Part shown: positions 29,369 to 44,884 of the stretch, piece by piece | Layout: each line of letters opens with the position of its first letter | How positions within the stretch are numbered: position 1 is the stretch's first letter | The notes under the pieces: model-generated | Told to the model about the DNA's origin: nothing | Database searches by the model: none | The model's input: the letters and a program-made list of their open reading frames with translations, nothing else | Origin: Octopus vulgaris | Taxonomy: Eukaryota | DNA: 64,000 nucleotides | Direction of reading: 5' to 3' | Assembly (NCBI GenBank): GCA_951406725.2 | Contig: OX597837.1 | Span: 4,526,001-4,590,000, forward strand | Made by a program: the position numbers and the translations under genes

Positions 29369-29823
29369 GATACTTTGCCTTCTTGGAGTTATTTAGCCTA
29401 TGGTCAACTCTGGTTGAACATTCCAGCTGCCACCTTCCTATTTTGTGGGTGTGTAAAATAGCGTTACCGAATTATTCCTTCCCTCCTTTTGAGTTTGTCG
29501 GTGATATTTGATTGCCATTTCTACCAAAGTGGGTTTATTTCATTCGCGTCTTCTGTACCTGTCACATATGTACAGTATTTGTATATCGCATTTTATTTGA
29601 TGAAGATTAAAAAAAAAACGTATGCAAATCGGATTTGTAGCAATCTTGGGATTGGCAGCAGCTTGGTTTGGCACAACGAAAGGTGAACCGGTAGATTTCT
29701 TTTTGGGATAATTGGTATTTTTGCATGATTCCATATTTCATATAATGGGAAGAAATTCGTTAGACCAGAGGGAAAAGAACGATATCTTTTCTACTTAATG
29801 CCCCCTCATGCACACACACGCAC

Positions 29824-29878
<55 letters not shown>

Positions 29879-30250
29879 ACACACTTGCAGGTATTATATA
29901 TGTACCTATATACACTTAAATATAGTGAGAGAGAAAAAAGAAATGCTTGTAAGAGCAAACATTTGTCTGTGTGTGTGTGTGTGTGTGTGTATTTATGTTT
30001 AAGAATACCCACATACACATAGAATATATATGCGACATATATATATAATGTGACCGCGTGTTTACCGTTGGCGATTTTTTTTCCTCTATCTTCCCTTCTC
30101 TGGATCTTTCCTTCTCCTATGTTTCCCACGAAGAGCTCCGCTCGAAATGTTAAACCCTCCTTCAGTCCTTCTTTCCTGACCGTCGAATGATACTATATTT
30201 GTTCCACGTCCTCGCGTTGTGTTTTTTTGTGCTTTCATGTTTGAATTAAC

Positions 30251-30302
<52 letters not shown>

Positions 30303-30523
30303 TATTCTTTTATTCTTTTATATGTTTCAGTCATTTGACTGCAGCTACATTGACACACCGCCTTTAGTCGAAGGAATCGCCCCCTAGGACTTTTTCTTTG
30401 TAAGCGTAGTACTTATTCTATCGGGCTCTTTTGCCGAAACGCTAAGTTACGGAGACATAAACACACAAACATCGGGTGTCAAGAGATTTTGGGTGGACAA
30501 ACACAGGCACACAAATACATACA

Positions 30524-30557
<34 letters not shown>

Positions 30558-30748
30558 CATACATACATAGGTACATATATACATATGTATGTATATATAT
30601 ATATATATATAATTTGCCTTTATATAACGGTATTTTTTCATAGCGTTTTTCAGATGGCCAGATAACCGAAGAGATGGTGTTGTGGATTTCCACTTCGGCA
30701 TCTGAAACTCAGAGTTTTATCTTGACTATTGAGTAAATGCAAGATATT

Positions 30749-30817
<69 letters not shown>

Positions 30818-30972
30818 GACGTGCTTCCTTCCGTCTATCAAATCCACTCACAAGGTTTGGTCAGGCCGAGGCTATAGCAGAAGACACTTGCGCAAGGTGC
30901 CACGCAGTGGGACTGAACCCGGAACCATGTGGTTGGTAAACAAGCTACTTACCACACAGCCACTCCTTCGCC
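30303..30972 (-). mobile_element. Family 1 SINE split by a 145-bp insert in its internal (TA)n
   Basis: 3' half about 30303-30515, 5' half about 30815-30972, insert 30611-30755. Confidence 0.8.
30660..30722 (+). ncRNA. Variant or decayed type I hammerhead
   Basis: agataa-CCGAAG-agatg...catct-GAAA-ctcagag-TT-ttatct: 6-bp stem I, 5-bp stem II base, core one nucleotide short. Confidence 0.55.
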
Positions 30973-31506
30973 TATACCACGGTATAGTGTAGTTTGAGGA
31001 AGATTTAGCAGCTATTTCTAATATTTGGATGGAAACAACGGCAAAGCTGATCCTAATCGTTGGCCAATGTCACACTAATAAGATGGTGACATAATGATAC
31101 TATTTAAAAGTATTTAAAAGGTGAAATGCAGAAATGAACTTTACGTCTTCCTTACTATTTGAAAATTTGAATTATTAAGGATAGAGCTAAACAGCTCCGG
31201 GGTTAATGAGCTTGGGAACCTGGAGTGAAACGAGATATTTATACAAATATTCAAAAGGAGTTATCCTTTAAAAGATTTAATCTGAGATAAGATGAAAGCT
31301 CTGCAGGTGAAAGTTAAGCAGTTGATACGATTTTAGTTAAAACATTAACAGCGTCGATAAGAAAGGGTTTCATTGACAGTTCAAATGAAATTATCACCAC
31401 GATGAGAGATATCTGAAGATGCAACTGAATACGGTTATCTTATCTGCTTTGATACAGATGTAGCACTGATAAGTCAGCGTGTATGAAAGCAAGAAAGAAA
31501 GAAGGA

Positions 31507-31570
<64 letters not shown>

Positions 31571-31857
31571 GAGGAAGAACGAAAGAAATAATATTCCAGA
31601 TTCTATTACACTTGAATCAGGATTATTCTTAACAATATTATCGGGAATGTAAGTTAAAGGTAATATTGTATTCTTTCGAAATTCACTCACACCAGCTGAG
31701 CAGATCCTTGATAATCAACCACGTGAGAAACACTAATAATAATAACAGTGACAACAACAATAACAGCCGAAGGACATTCTCACAAAAGCTTTGTGGATTT
31801 AGTTTCCTTTTCGTTAAAATATTTGTTGTATTTGAATACAATAATACCAACATCCAT

Positions 31858-31919
<62 letters not shown>

Positions 31920-32054
31920 TCTTCTTCTTCTTCTTATTATTATTATTGCCTTTGCACAGCTTCTAACGCTGGAGATGTACTACAGTGTCAGCTGTGAACT
32001 ACTAGTGAACTAAGGTAACAGCTCTTATTTTTCTAGCGGTTTTATTATTACTAC

Positions 32055-32128
<74 letters not shown>

Positions 32129-32219
32129 TCAACAATAACAGTAAAAATAACAGTAATAATAATAGTAATAGTAATGGTAATAGTAATGGTAATGTTAATG
32201 GTAATATTAATAATAATAA

Positions 32220-32257
<38 letters not shown>

Positions 32258-32285
32258 GTAATAGTAGTAGTAGCAGTATTAGTAT

Positions 32286-32407
<122 letters not shown>

Positions 32408-32409
32408 AT

Positions 32410-32810
32410 AATGAGAAAATGCGCTAACTGCTGCTGCAAAGAAAATAAAATTAATTGCAAAGACAAAAGCGCATGAAAAATTAGCTAGCAGATGGGAACA
32501 GAAACCTCTGCATGGCAAGTATGTGGCCCGTAGCAAACAAGCTGACGTCGATCAGAAACACACGCATCAATTGTTACGAAGCCCAGGGCTAAAAGCAGTG
32601 AGTGGAGGTTTCATATTATCTGCTCAAAATCAACGCTTATTAACCCGGAACTGCCAAGTCAATATGATAAATAATGGCGCTGACCCAAAATGCCGATTCT
32701 CTAACGATGGATATAGAGTCTTAGCACCTGTAGAATATAAAGCAAGACATGACAGAATCGGCCAGTATTTACACTGGACAATATGTCGACATTATAAAAT
32801 CAAAAGGCTT
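32410..32810 (+). mobile_element. R4/Dong-like fragment (family B)
   Basis: Encodes WEQKPLHGKYVARSKQADVDQK..GADPKCRF..HDRIGQYLHW; preceded by (TAA)n/(TAG)n. Confidence 0.85.
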
Positions 32811-32959
32811 CAGGGAAATCTCGGACAGTGGGTTTCCTCTATTATTCCTAGAGGCCTTCCTGTAGCAGGAGGGCCACATCTCTATCACCCTCTCTGCCAT
32901 CCTTTTCTAACCTTTGTATGCTATGCACAGGTCCCTTCTCTTTCAGTGTATACGGTGTA

Positions 32960-33362
32960 TTACTCTTTTACTTGTTTCAGTCATTTGACTGTGGCCATGC
33001 TGGAGCACCGTCTTTAGTCGTGCGAATCGACCCCAGGACTTATTCTTTGTAAGCCTAGTACTTATTCTATCGGTCTCTTTGGCTGAACCGCTAAGTTACG
33101 GGGACGTAAACACACCAGCATCGGCTGTCAAGCGATACTGGAGGGACAAACACAGACACACAAACATATACACACACATACATATATACATATATACGAC
33201 GGGCTTCTTTCAGTTTCCGTCAACCAAATCCACTCACAAGACTTTGGTCGACCCGAGGCTATAGTACAAGACACTTGCCCAAGGTGCCACGCAGTGGGAC
33301 TGAATCCGGAGCCATGTGGTTGCTAAGTAAGCTACTTACCACACAGCCATTCCTACGCCTAT
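32960..33362 (-). mobile_element. Full-length family 1 SINE
   Basis: Reverse complement of the 43323-43765 type. Confidence 0.85.
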
Positions 33363-33421
33363 ATTTATTTTTTTATCATTTCATTATTATAAGTAAACCC
33401 CCACACTTTATGCCTGTTGCT

Positions 33422-33479
<58 letters not shown>

Positions 33480-33647
33480 CATCATCATTATTATTGAGTG
33501 AGAGAGCAGTGCATGCCATCAAGGTAACTATTGTCGTTGTTGTTGTTGTTGTCGTCGTTGTTGTTGTTCTTCTTCTTATCGTTGTTGTTATTATTGTTAT
33601 TATTATCATCATCATCATCATTATTACTATTATTATTATTATTATTA

Positions 33648-33743
<96 letters not shown>

Positions 33744-35399
33744 ATAGTAGTAGTAGCAGTAGTAGTAGTAACGGCTAACGAATTTGACCTTTAGAAAAAG
33801 CCTCTGTAAGGAGAAGTCTATGCAGTCCTTTCGAGCGAGAGTGACATGCATCGCTCGCTTGCAAAAAGCTGCCATGTCAAAAGAATTACTTAAGCGAATT
33901 CCCTTGTTAATATCAATGCCTAATCTCATTACATTAGCCACGACGGAACTTGAGTAATATCGAAAGAGCTATGCGTTTTGCAAAGAGATTCCTAAATACT
34001 TTAATAGTGTCGTTCATTCATTCATTCATTCGTCCAGTTATTCAGTTGGTTATTCTCTTATTCTCCTATTCTTTCATTAATGGATTTGGCGAGTGAAAAA
34101 GAAGAATGAAAAAGAATAATTGAAAACTAATTCATTGGATATATAATAAAACATCTCCAAAGAGTACATAACATAAAGAGGTAATCTCTATAATGAAAGT
34201 AATGTTATACGGTTACCGTGGAATAACAATTAGTATAATGTACTCATGTTTGTACATGCTGTTGTTGTTGTCGTTGATGTTGTTGTTGTTACTGTTGTTG
34301 TACAGTAGGTCAGCGCTGATCAAGCAGACCATTGGTCAATTTAATACTCACAGTGGTTATCTGGTTATCTCATCCCGTCTTTTGTTGTTTTGCACGATTG
34401 CATTATTTATGTGTATTTCGTGATATATATGACGCCCATGTCTGATTTAAGGGAATTTCTGGGCTATTTCTACCAGGTCGAACGACCACATAAACAAGAG
34501 GCCACTCCCTCGTTCGCCTCTTGTTTCCCCCCAGTTTATAATCAATGCTGGCGTTAATTAAAACGAACGCATTCTTATATATTTGTATCTAATTTGTATA
34601 ATTATTGCGACTGGGCTCAGTGGACAAATTGGCTGAATCATTAGAGCATCGGGGGTAAAAATATCTTGCAGCATTTTTCATGATAATTTATATTATGGGT
34701 TCAATCCCTCGAGGTCAACGTTGCCTTTCATGCCTCTGATGATGAGGACACTAAGCCTACCTATTCTCGTTTATTATACTCATTTATTCACAACAAATCC
34801 GGGATAAGACGGTACGCTTATCAGGATAATAAGGGTCGCCAATACGTCGAAGATTATGCTTGAACTGCAAAAGTGCATTTCGGCGACCGTCCACAGTGCT
34901 CATGTGGAAGAAAACTCATGTGGAGCAAATCTCATGTGGAACGAAACTGATTTTTCACAAACGTTCTACTATTCATTCATCACTGTTTCATTTAACGCGG
35001 TGGTGGTTTTGGAACCGAACAATCGTGCAAAACGAGGATAGAGGTAACACTCAATGACTGGAGCCGATGATATCATGTAAACCACGTGCTACAAGCTGGG
35101 TGATCTCGCATGGAAGTGAAGGATAAGGGCCAAAGGTCCTTCACAAGAAATATAGACTGTCGTCGTATTTATATTCCCCAGCTGGATGGGACGCTTGTCC
35201 GTCCCACGATTAGTCATGTTTGCCACTTGTGCGAACTGAAGCAACGTGAAAGGAAGTGTGTTGCTCCAGAACAAACCTCGTCGTTCCGTCCAGGAATCGA
35301 AACTGCAATCTTACGATCATGAGTCCAACAACCTAACCTCTAAGCGTCACGTCTCCACTGCATCCAATTTAGTTAAAATGCAATCGATATTAGTTTCAA

Positions 35400-35615
35400 A
35401 ATTTGGCACCAGGCCAGCAAATTTCGGCGGTGGGGTGGGGGTAACAGTCGAGTATTTTTGACACCAGCGTTCAACTAGTACTTATTTTGCCGATCCTGAA
35501 AGTTTGAAAGGGAAAGTCGACCCGGGTCACATTTGAACTCAGAATGTGAAAGCGCACGAAATGCCGTTACGCATTTTATCCGGCGCGGTAATGGTGCTGC
35601 CAGCGTGCCGCCTTT
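35400..35615 (-). mobile_element. Decayed family 2 SINE
   Basis: AAAGTCGACCC..ATTTGAACTCAGAATGTG blocks. Confidence 0.6.
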
Positions 35616-35692
35616 ATTATACAATTTACAGTGTTTTAAGTCCTTGTGTCTGGATTAGAAATACAGTTATAATAATCATAATCATAATTATA

Positions 35693-35860
35693 ATACCTGT
35701 TGTCATAGGTGCCCTAGGAATGCTAGCAAAAGGGGCTGATTCCTAGCTAATTCACATACCAGGGAACCCCAACATGGCAGAAATTCAAAAGATAGTACTC
35801 ATGGGAACTGCCCATATCCTACGTAGAATACTGTCTGGGTAATCTCAAATTTTAAAACAA
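35693..35860 (+). mobile_element. R4/Dong-like 3' fragment (family A)
   Basis: Encodes IPVVIGALGMLAKG..IPGNPNMAEIQKIVLMGTAHILRRILS. Confidence 0.85.
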
Positions 35861-35867
35861 ACTTATA

Positions 35868-36000
35868 ATTACCTCCGGCTTTGCAGAGGTATTGTTTCCA
35901 GTAGTGTTTGTTCGATTGTTTATTTGTCCGTGGACGACATATCTCAAGAATCGCTGGATGGATTCGGATGACACTTTCAGGGATGTTTTGCCTTGTGTAT
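35868..36000 (+). mobile_element. Possible Helentron-associated (DINE-like) non-autonomous 5' fragment
   Basis: TTACCTCCGGC..GCAGAGGTA hairpin followed by GTTTGTT-type repeats and ATATCTCAAGAA..GGATGGATT..ACTTTCAGG. Confidence 0.45.
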
Positions 36001-36019
36001 AATCTGCATCTTTCTTACA

Positions 36020-36790
36020 GTCACTTGCCGAGACACACCCAGAGTCCTGGAGCGAGTGAAGCATAAGAGATGTTACGATTTGACTGAATTCTTAGGGAGG
36101 GGAGGTAGTGAAATATCTTCATGTAATACAGCACAGATATTGAAATGCATGGGGCTATTTTAAGGATATGGGCAGTACTTTTCAGCATAATCTTTTGGAT
36201 TTCTCTGAAGCATGGTTCTCCTGGGATCTTATCTAGATGTTTCTCACACCCCAATTTTTTATCATATCTAGGGCACCCACAATAACAGGAACAGTTTTCG
36301 TTTTAAGATGCCACGTCTTTTGTATTTCAATTTCCAGGTCCATATATTTATTTAGTTTGTCATATTCCTTGATAGATATATTATTATCACTTACATCTAT
36401 TAGTCTACAAGTATTTTCTTACCTGTCTTCAATAATCATGTCCTGTCGATTAGCCTGGATCGTTGTGTTAATGTTGACTGGAAAATCTCAGAGGATAGTG
36501 ACATTTTTACCTTCAACGACAAGTTCAGGATGATGATTATACCAGTAAGCAGGAGTGTTGATCTTGAAGAGTTTACATATTTTCCTATGTAAATACTGCC
36601 CTACACTATCGTGGCGGCATTTATATTCGTTTTATGTCAGCACAAGATATTCCGAGACGAGATGGTTTACTATTTCGTCAAATGTGTCGTAGAATATGTA
36701 ATTAGGGCCAGTTACCCTGGTAGTTTTTTTTTTTTTTTTGAGCAAGTGCTGCTAATATGAAACCTTCAGTCTCTGCTTTCAGTTCGGAAC
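36020..36790 (-). mobile_element. Decayed R4/Dong-like 3' fragment
   Basis: VTILWDF-like and KYMDLEIEIQKTWHLKTKTVPVIVGAL motifs; 3' UTR shared with 60594-60720. Confidence 0.75.
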
Positions 36791-36834
36791 TTATCAGTCA
36801 CTGATGGGTTATTGTTTGTAATTATTATTATTAT

Positions 36835-37524
36835 ATGTTTGACTTTTGTTTTATATTTGAACAAGTTGGCTCCAAGTCTCACCCAGAGACCTCAAGAGAC
36901 AACAGGTTGGAAGTTCACGTTGTTGTTTTGCCTAGTGTGCCATATATTTGGTTGTTTTTTGTGTTGTACTAGTGGATGTCTAAAAAAAATTTGTTTTAAA
37001 CCTTGAGATTACGTAGAAAGTATTTTGCGTAGGATATGAGCAGTTCCCATGAGCACTATCTTTTGAATTTCTGCTAATTTGGGGTTTCCTGGTATCTTAG
37101 TTAGGTAGCAATCAACCCTTTTGCTATCATTCCCAGAGCACATATGACAACAGGTATTGTTTTAGTCTTCAGGTTCCACATTTTGCTGATTTCTATTTCA
37201 AGATCTTTATATTTGCTCAGTTTTTGGTAGGTCTTGACAGATACGTTTATATCGATTGGGACAGTCACATCAATGAGGAGGCATGTTCTTTGTTTGAAGT
37301 CTTTCAATATGATGTCTGGCCTATTTGCATCTATCTTTCTGTCAGTTTGAATGGGGAAGTTCCAGAGGAGTGAGATGTGGTTATTTTCAAGCACTGGGGG
37401 TGGTTTGTGTTCCCATCAGTTTTTTTCATGGGGCAAATCCAGGTTTTTGCAGATTACCCAGTGAATATATTGTGCAGCTCTGTCATGCCTGTTGAGATAC
37501 TCTGTAGGCGCTAGAAGACTGCAC
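36835..37524 (-). mobile_element. R4/Dong-like 3' fragment (family A)
   Basis: ORF 37101-37394 is nearly identical to the C-terminus of 18953-20728 and has the same 3' UTR. Confidence 0.9.
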
Positions 37525-37591
<67 letters not shown>

Positions 37592-37656
37592 CATTATTAT
37601 TACAGTGGTTTTTGTTGTTGTTGTTGTTGCTATTATTATCATTATTATTATTATTA

Positions 37657-37699
<43 letters not shown>

Positions 37700-37759
37700 C
37701 ATCATTATCATTATCATTATCATTATCATTACTATTATTATTATTATTATTATTATTCA

Positions 37760-39081
37760 GTAGTTTTATTTTTAAAGCGTGCTTTCACTTCACTACCGAG
37801 CACAGCTCTGTGTGCCTTGGGTATGTGCTGTGATTTGTTGTGATGCTCTGATGGTTATTGTATGGAAAGTGTTCTGCGTAGGATGTGTGCAGTGCCTAGT
37901 AGTGCAATTTTCTGTATGTTATATGTGTTTGTAAGTCCTGGTGTTTTTGTTTTGTATTTGTCTGAATATTTTTTTATCATGCCTAATGCACCTACTATGA
38001 TAGGAATTGTTTCTGTTTTTAGATTCCACATTCTGGTTACCTCTATTTCCAGGTCTTTGTATTTTGAAAGTTTCTCCATTTCTTTTAGAGATACATCTGC
38101 CGGTATTGATACATCAATTAGAAAGTATTTTTTTCTTCATGATCTCTGACAACTATATCTGGTCTGTTAGCCTTAATTTCTCTATCTATGTGTATCGGCA
38201 TATCCCAGAGTATGGTTGCTTTCTCGTTTTCTGTGACCTTTTCTGGTGTGTGCCTATACCATCTTTTTTCTGTTGTTATTCCATAATGTTGGCATAGCTT
38301 CCAGTGTATGTAGGTTCCAACTCTGTCATGTCTGTGAATATATTCCTACTTAGCCAGGACTGGACAGCAGTTACTTGTTATATTTCTTTTCCTTACATGT
38401 TTTTGGTAATTTCTGGTGGGGAGGCTTTGGTTTTGTGCTGCAATTAAAAAAAATCCCTCTGTCTCTGCTTTGAGTCCTGAGCTTCTCAACCATTGCTGGG
38501 ATTTTTCTTTGTCTATTTCTTTTGCGTTTAGTTTAGTCCAGTATTTACCATGAAGGGGCTTTTCTTGCCATCGTTTTATCATGGTTCGTTGCTGTTCTAT
38601 TTTTAGTTTGGATTTCATTTGTTTTATAGCTTTTGTTGTTTCTTCTTCTTCTTCTTCTTCTTCTTCTTCATATTTGTTAGGTGGTATGATTTCTTGTTTG
38701 TATTTGTCAGCTTCCTTAAATACTGAGAACAGTTTTTTTGTTTTGCTCGTGTTTTGCCGCTATTTGTATCAGTTTTCCTTCCTTCTGAAGTAGATATTTT
38801 TGCAGTCCTATGGTGGTTATTTTAGTAGTTTTCTAGCTGTATAAGGCACCTTCTATACGTTGTATATATAGTATTTCTATGTCAGATTTTGTGTGATGCA
38901 TCCTAGATCCTGTCATTATTTTTCTTGTTTTCCTATCTATTTTGGTCAGTTCATTTAGTGTCCAGTTAAGGATATTGTAGCTGTAACTTATAACTTGGAC
39001 AGCTAAAGTGTTAATACCTATTATCTTGTTTTTAGCATTGGGCTCTGTTTTTAGTATTGATCTAACTCGTCTATAATATTC

Positions 39082-39085
<4 letters not shown>
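37760..39085 (-). mobile_element. R4/Dong-like fragment (family C), frameshifted
   Basis: ORFs 38833-39189, 38346-38618 and 37855-38079 with YYRRVRSILKT, WQEKPLHGKY and KLSKYKDLEIE; (TTA)n on both sides. Confidence 0.88.
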
Positions 39086-39156
<71 letters not shown>

Positions 39157-39185
39157 CATTATTATTTTCATTATTATCATCATCA

Positions 39186-40475
<1,290 letters not shown>

Positions 40476-40714
40476 TTATATATATATATATATATATCAA
40501 AATAAGCAAGAAGGATATCCAGAGGTAATGCAGTTGCTTATTTGGATTTTAATCACCTTACTTTTAAATTGCATGGATAATACCATGCTAACTTCTGGTG
40601 CCTCAACTTAAGTACCATATTCATCTAAATCTAAATTTCTGCTATACACACACAAACACAGACGCACACACAGACGCACACACAGACGCACACACACACA
40701 CACACACACAGACG

Positions 40715-40761
<47 letters not shown>

Positions 40762-41955
40762 ACACACATTAATGCATTCCTGTATTGATCTGTTTCAGAC
40801 CAACATAGCTGAAAATTCGATACCAGCAACAAACAGAGATAACAAACCTCTTCTTGAAACAATATTTTATTACCGACTTAATTCTTTTGATAGCAAACCG
40901 CATCAGACCGCCTCTGGTTCTATGGCACAAAACTGGCTGCTTTAAATCTTCCATCAAAAATTCACGTTAAAATTTTCCTAACACAAGACATTATCTCACT
41001 AATAATAATGTTATAATACCAAATTCATTATTTTAAAAGTTTATTGAAACTAAATGTTTTCCACAGAAATATGATACCAAAAAGGTTAATAATGATAAAG
41101 TAATTTTCCTAAATTATTCATTATTTTCAAAATTAATTCAAATAAAACCGGTTTATTTCAAGAAAAACATTCTAACTAAATGATTATTGATGAGAACGTT
41201 ATCTACTAAATTCCTTATCATTTAAAAAATTAATTAAGATAACGCCATTGTATTCCTCTAACAATATGATACTACATGACTCCATACAGGTAACAATAGA
41301 GTATGCGTGATTAAATAATTGATGTATGGTTATAGAATTCAGAAGTTGGCATTAGTGAACTGAGAACCAAAAGAGTAAAATAGAGAAAGGACTCCTTTCT
41401 TTGTCGGAACGAACAAATCCGGATGACAGTATAAAACTCATACAAATATATGAACAAAATTTGCACCGTATAATTATTAAATACAGCAGGAACAGGGAAG
41501 AAACATGACTGCAACATAATCGAATAGCAAGAACGAAAATGAAGAAATTCGTTTTGAATAATAGATTAAAAAGAAAGGTAATTAGTGACGAAGATGAAAA
41601 ACTGAGAACGAAAATTTTTTTTTTTACTAAATTATTAACTAAGATTTTTCGATAACAATTGATGACAAAGGTTAAAAAAAAATGGTGGCGAAGAATGATG
41701 CTATAATATATACGCGTTGGATAATTCTTGAACATAGACGAGCGGAAAGATGTGTGAAAAATTCTGAAAAATTAATATCTTGTCAGTAAAGGAAAAAAAA
41801 ACAAAAAGAAAAATTAAAGGAGAGAATGACATTGGTGCAGATGTGCATGTGTGGTTAAGAAACTCGCTTTGCAACCACATGCTTAGAGTGCACTGCAGAC
41901 TACTACTACTACTACTATTACTACTACTACTACTACTAATACTAATAATAATAAT

Positions 41956-42640
41956 AAGAAGAAGAAGAAGAAGAAGAAGAAGGGGGAGGAGGAGAAGGAG
42001 AAGGAGGAGGAGAAAAAGGAGAAGGAGGAGAAGGAGAAGGAGAAGGAAGAGAAGAAGAAGGAGAAGGAGAAGAAGAAGAAGAAGAAGAAGAAGGAGAAGA
42101 AGAAGGAGAAGGAGAAAAAGAAGAAGAAGAAGAAGAAGAAGGAGAAGAAGGAGAAGAAAAAGAAGAAGAAGAAGAATGAGAAGAAGACGAATGAGAAGAA
42201 GAAGAATGAGAAGAAGAATGAGAAGAAGAAGAAGAAGAAGAAGAAGAAGAAGAAGAAGAATGAGAAGAAGAAGAATGAGAAGAAGAAGAATGAGAAGAAG
42301 AAGAAGAAGAAGAAAAAGAAGAAGAATGAGAAGAAGAAGAATGAGAAGAAGAAGAATGAGAAGAAGAAGAATGAGAAGAAGAAGAAGAAGAAGAAAAAGA
42401 AGAAGAAGAAGAAGAAGAAGAAGAAGAATGAGAAGAAGAAGAAGAAGAAGAAGAAGACGAAGAAGAAGAATGAGAAGAAGAAGAAGAATGGAAAGAAGAA
42501 AAAGAAAAAGAAGAAGAAGAAGGAGAAGAAGAAGAAGGAGAAGAAGAAGAAGAATGAGAAGAAGAAGAATGAGAAGAAGAAGAATGAGAAGAAGAAGAAG
42601 AAGAAGAACAACAACAACAACAACAAGAAGGAAAAGAAGA
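41956..42640. repeat. ~680-bp almost purine-only (GAA)n/(GGA)n tract with periodic ATG interruptions
   Basis: Directly visible; produces spurious poly-R/L/F ORFs. Confidence 0.95.
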
Positions 42641-43322
42641 ATTTTTAGAATGAGAAAGTGTATCTCCAGTAAATCACTCACACTACTTGAATAGTACTTA
42701 TTTAATTGACCATTTGAGGAGAAATGATAACTTTCGAGATTGGAAATCGCGAAGACTTAAAATTATGCAGATTGTAAGTGATACAAGGCACAACAGAAGA
42801 ACGTAAATTATTCAAGATGAGAATTGAAAAGAGAGAAAAAAAAGGTAATGTAAATAGGAACGAGAGGAGAGAATGGAAAGATAACAGCATCTTCTAATTA
42901 GATGGAACAGCGAAGATATATCTATATTGAAACTGAAGTGACAGAAGATATGATATAGGAGACAACATGGAAGCTGATGTTTATTAAGAACCATCAGAGT
43001 GTAAGGAGTAACAGCTGACTTCCTTTGGCATGAATAGCAATAGCTCGTTGCTAATGGTTTCAGTATAGAAACAACGTAGTCAATTTAAGTTACCTGCTTG
43101 ACAGAGCCGGCAAATCACGGGAAAATTAAGAACAACCTTCGTATATAAGTATGTGGGTGTGGCTTCAGGGAATCTTGGCGTTTGTTAAAAAGCAGGCCTC
43201 TTGTTATCTAAAACAAAGCGTATGACGCAGCCGAAAAATCTCGGAAATGGCAGTAGCGGCGATTTATCTCTACACTAGCGATATAAACAAGTGTTTTCTT
43301 TTGGTTTTGGTTTTTTACACAT

Positions 43323-43486
43323 AGGCGTAGGAGTGGCTGTGTGGTAAGTAGCTTGCTTACCAACCACATGGTTTCTAGGTTCAATCCCACTGCGTGGCAT
43401 CTTGGTCAAGTGTCTTCTACTATAACCTCGGGCCGACCAAAGCCATGTGAGTGGATTTGGTAGATGGAAACCGAAAGAAGCCCGTC

Positions 43487-43527
<41 letters not shown>

Positions 43528-43765
43528 GTGTGTGTATAAGTTTGTGTGTCTGTGTTTGTCCCTCCAACATCGCTTGACAACCGATGCTGGTGTGTTTACG
43601 TCCCCGTGACTTAGCGGTTCAACAAAAGAGACTGAAAGAATAAGTACTAGGCTTACAAAGAATAAATCCTGGGGTCGATTTGCTCGATTAAAGGCGATGC
43701 TCCAGCATGGCCGCAGTTAAATGACTGAAACAAGTAAAAGAGTAACAGAGTAAAAAGTAAAAAGC
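43323..43765 (+). mobile_element. Full-length family 1 SINE
   Basis: tRNA-like head, core, internal (TA)n(TG)n, LINE-like tail and GAGTAAAA-type repeats. Confidence 0.88.
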
Positions 43766-44129
43766 CAATACGAGAGTCTCTCTCATGCTAAATACAGAAG
43801 TATACTTTGTTCTAGCAGAACATCCACGCCTATGTGGGGACAAATATTAACTCTTGGTATTACTACAGCCTCCGTCGCTAATATATATTTTTGCAAAAAT
43901 AATGGGTTTGCATTTAGGCGCAAGATTAGCAGTTGTCAAGAAAATAGAGCGATGGCATCTTTAATACATACGTGGTACTTTAATTTTAAAAACAAAGCTG
44001 ATCAGGGTTTGATTTGAACTCGTAAACAAAAGAATCGGAACCGCTAACACGCTGCAGTTTGTCCGATGCTCTAACAACGCCACCGGCTTGTTGCTTTACA
44101 AAGCAAAATATTCAAATATATAGAGGGAT

Positions 44130-44735
44130 TAATTTGATAACATGGACGGAAGGCAACACCGTGTATTTCGATAGGCAATAAGGGAAAGCGGAAAATGATT
44201 TAAAATCCTGTGCTTAACTGTTACATATTTTGCAGGCAAAACCTAGTTAGGCATCATTTGAACTGAGAAAGGAGAGAGATGGAAGAGAATGTGACATGAA
44301 AGTTAATCCATCACTCCCAAGAATCAGCCAAACAACTAACATATTGATAAGAAGACTTCTGGAAGAAACATGGTTTAATGATGGAATAACCATACAAATA
44401 AACAGCTACACCAAATCAGAGGACAAGTATCCTTTGAGTCAAATTCAAAAGTCTATCGTTATCGCACACATTGGTTGAGATAAAATAAACTCTACAACCT
44501 TGGGGTCAGTAAGACTCGCTGAAGGTCAACTAAGTGTATTTCACAAAGTTCGAAATCACGGTGATACGGGTATGGCTGATTTTCATATTTTTGAGCATTT
44601 TCCTCCATTGGTACAGGGTCTTAGGGTATTTTATTCATTTACCCGCTTCTTTCTTATTTTTTAATTGAAAACTTGTGGTTATATTGGCTGCTATATCAGC
44701 ATGCCAGTACTGCCTGTTAGTACCCTTAATCATTA
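44130..44735 (+). mobile_element. Decayed PLE 3' end with relic hammerhead at 44514-44571
   Basis: ILIRRLLEETWF (GIY-YIG C-terminus-like), then actcg-CTGAAGG-tc-aact..agtt-c-GAAA-tcacggtga-TA-cgggt, ending at (TA)n. Confidence 0.5.
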
Positions 44736-44808
44736 ATATATATATATATGTATATATATACATATGTATATAAATATATGTATATATATATATGTGTATA
44801 TATATGTA

Positions 44809-44881
<73 letters not shown>

Positions 44882-44884
44882 GTA

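Noticed and set aside
34790-35000. Possible mariner transposase relic (RRPST)
   Set aside because: Only a few residues resemble it; no TIR or DDD motif found.
41701-42694. 304-aa poly-Arg (protamine-like) ORF and 326-aa poly-Leu ORF
   Set aside because: Products of the (GAA)n tract, which is open in several frames on both strands.
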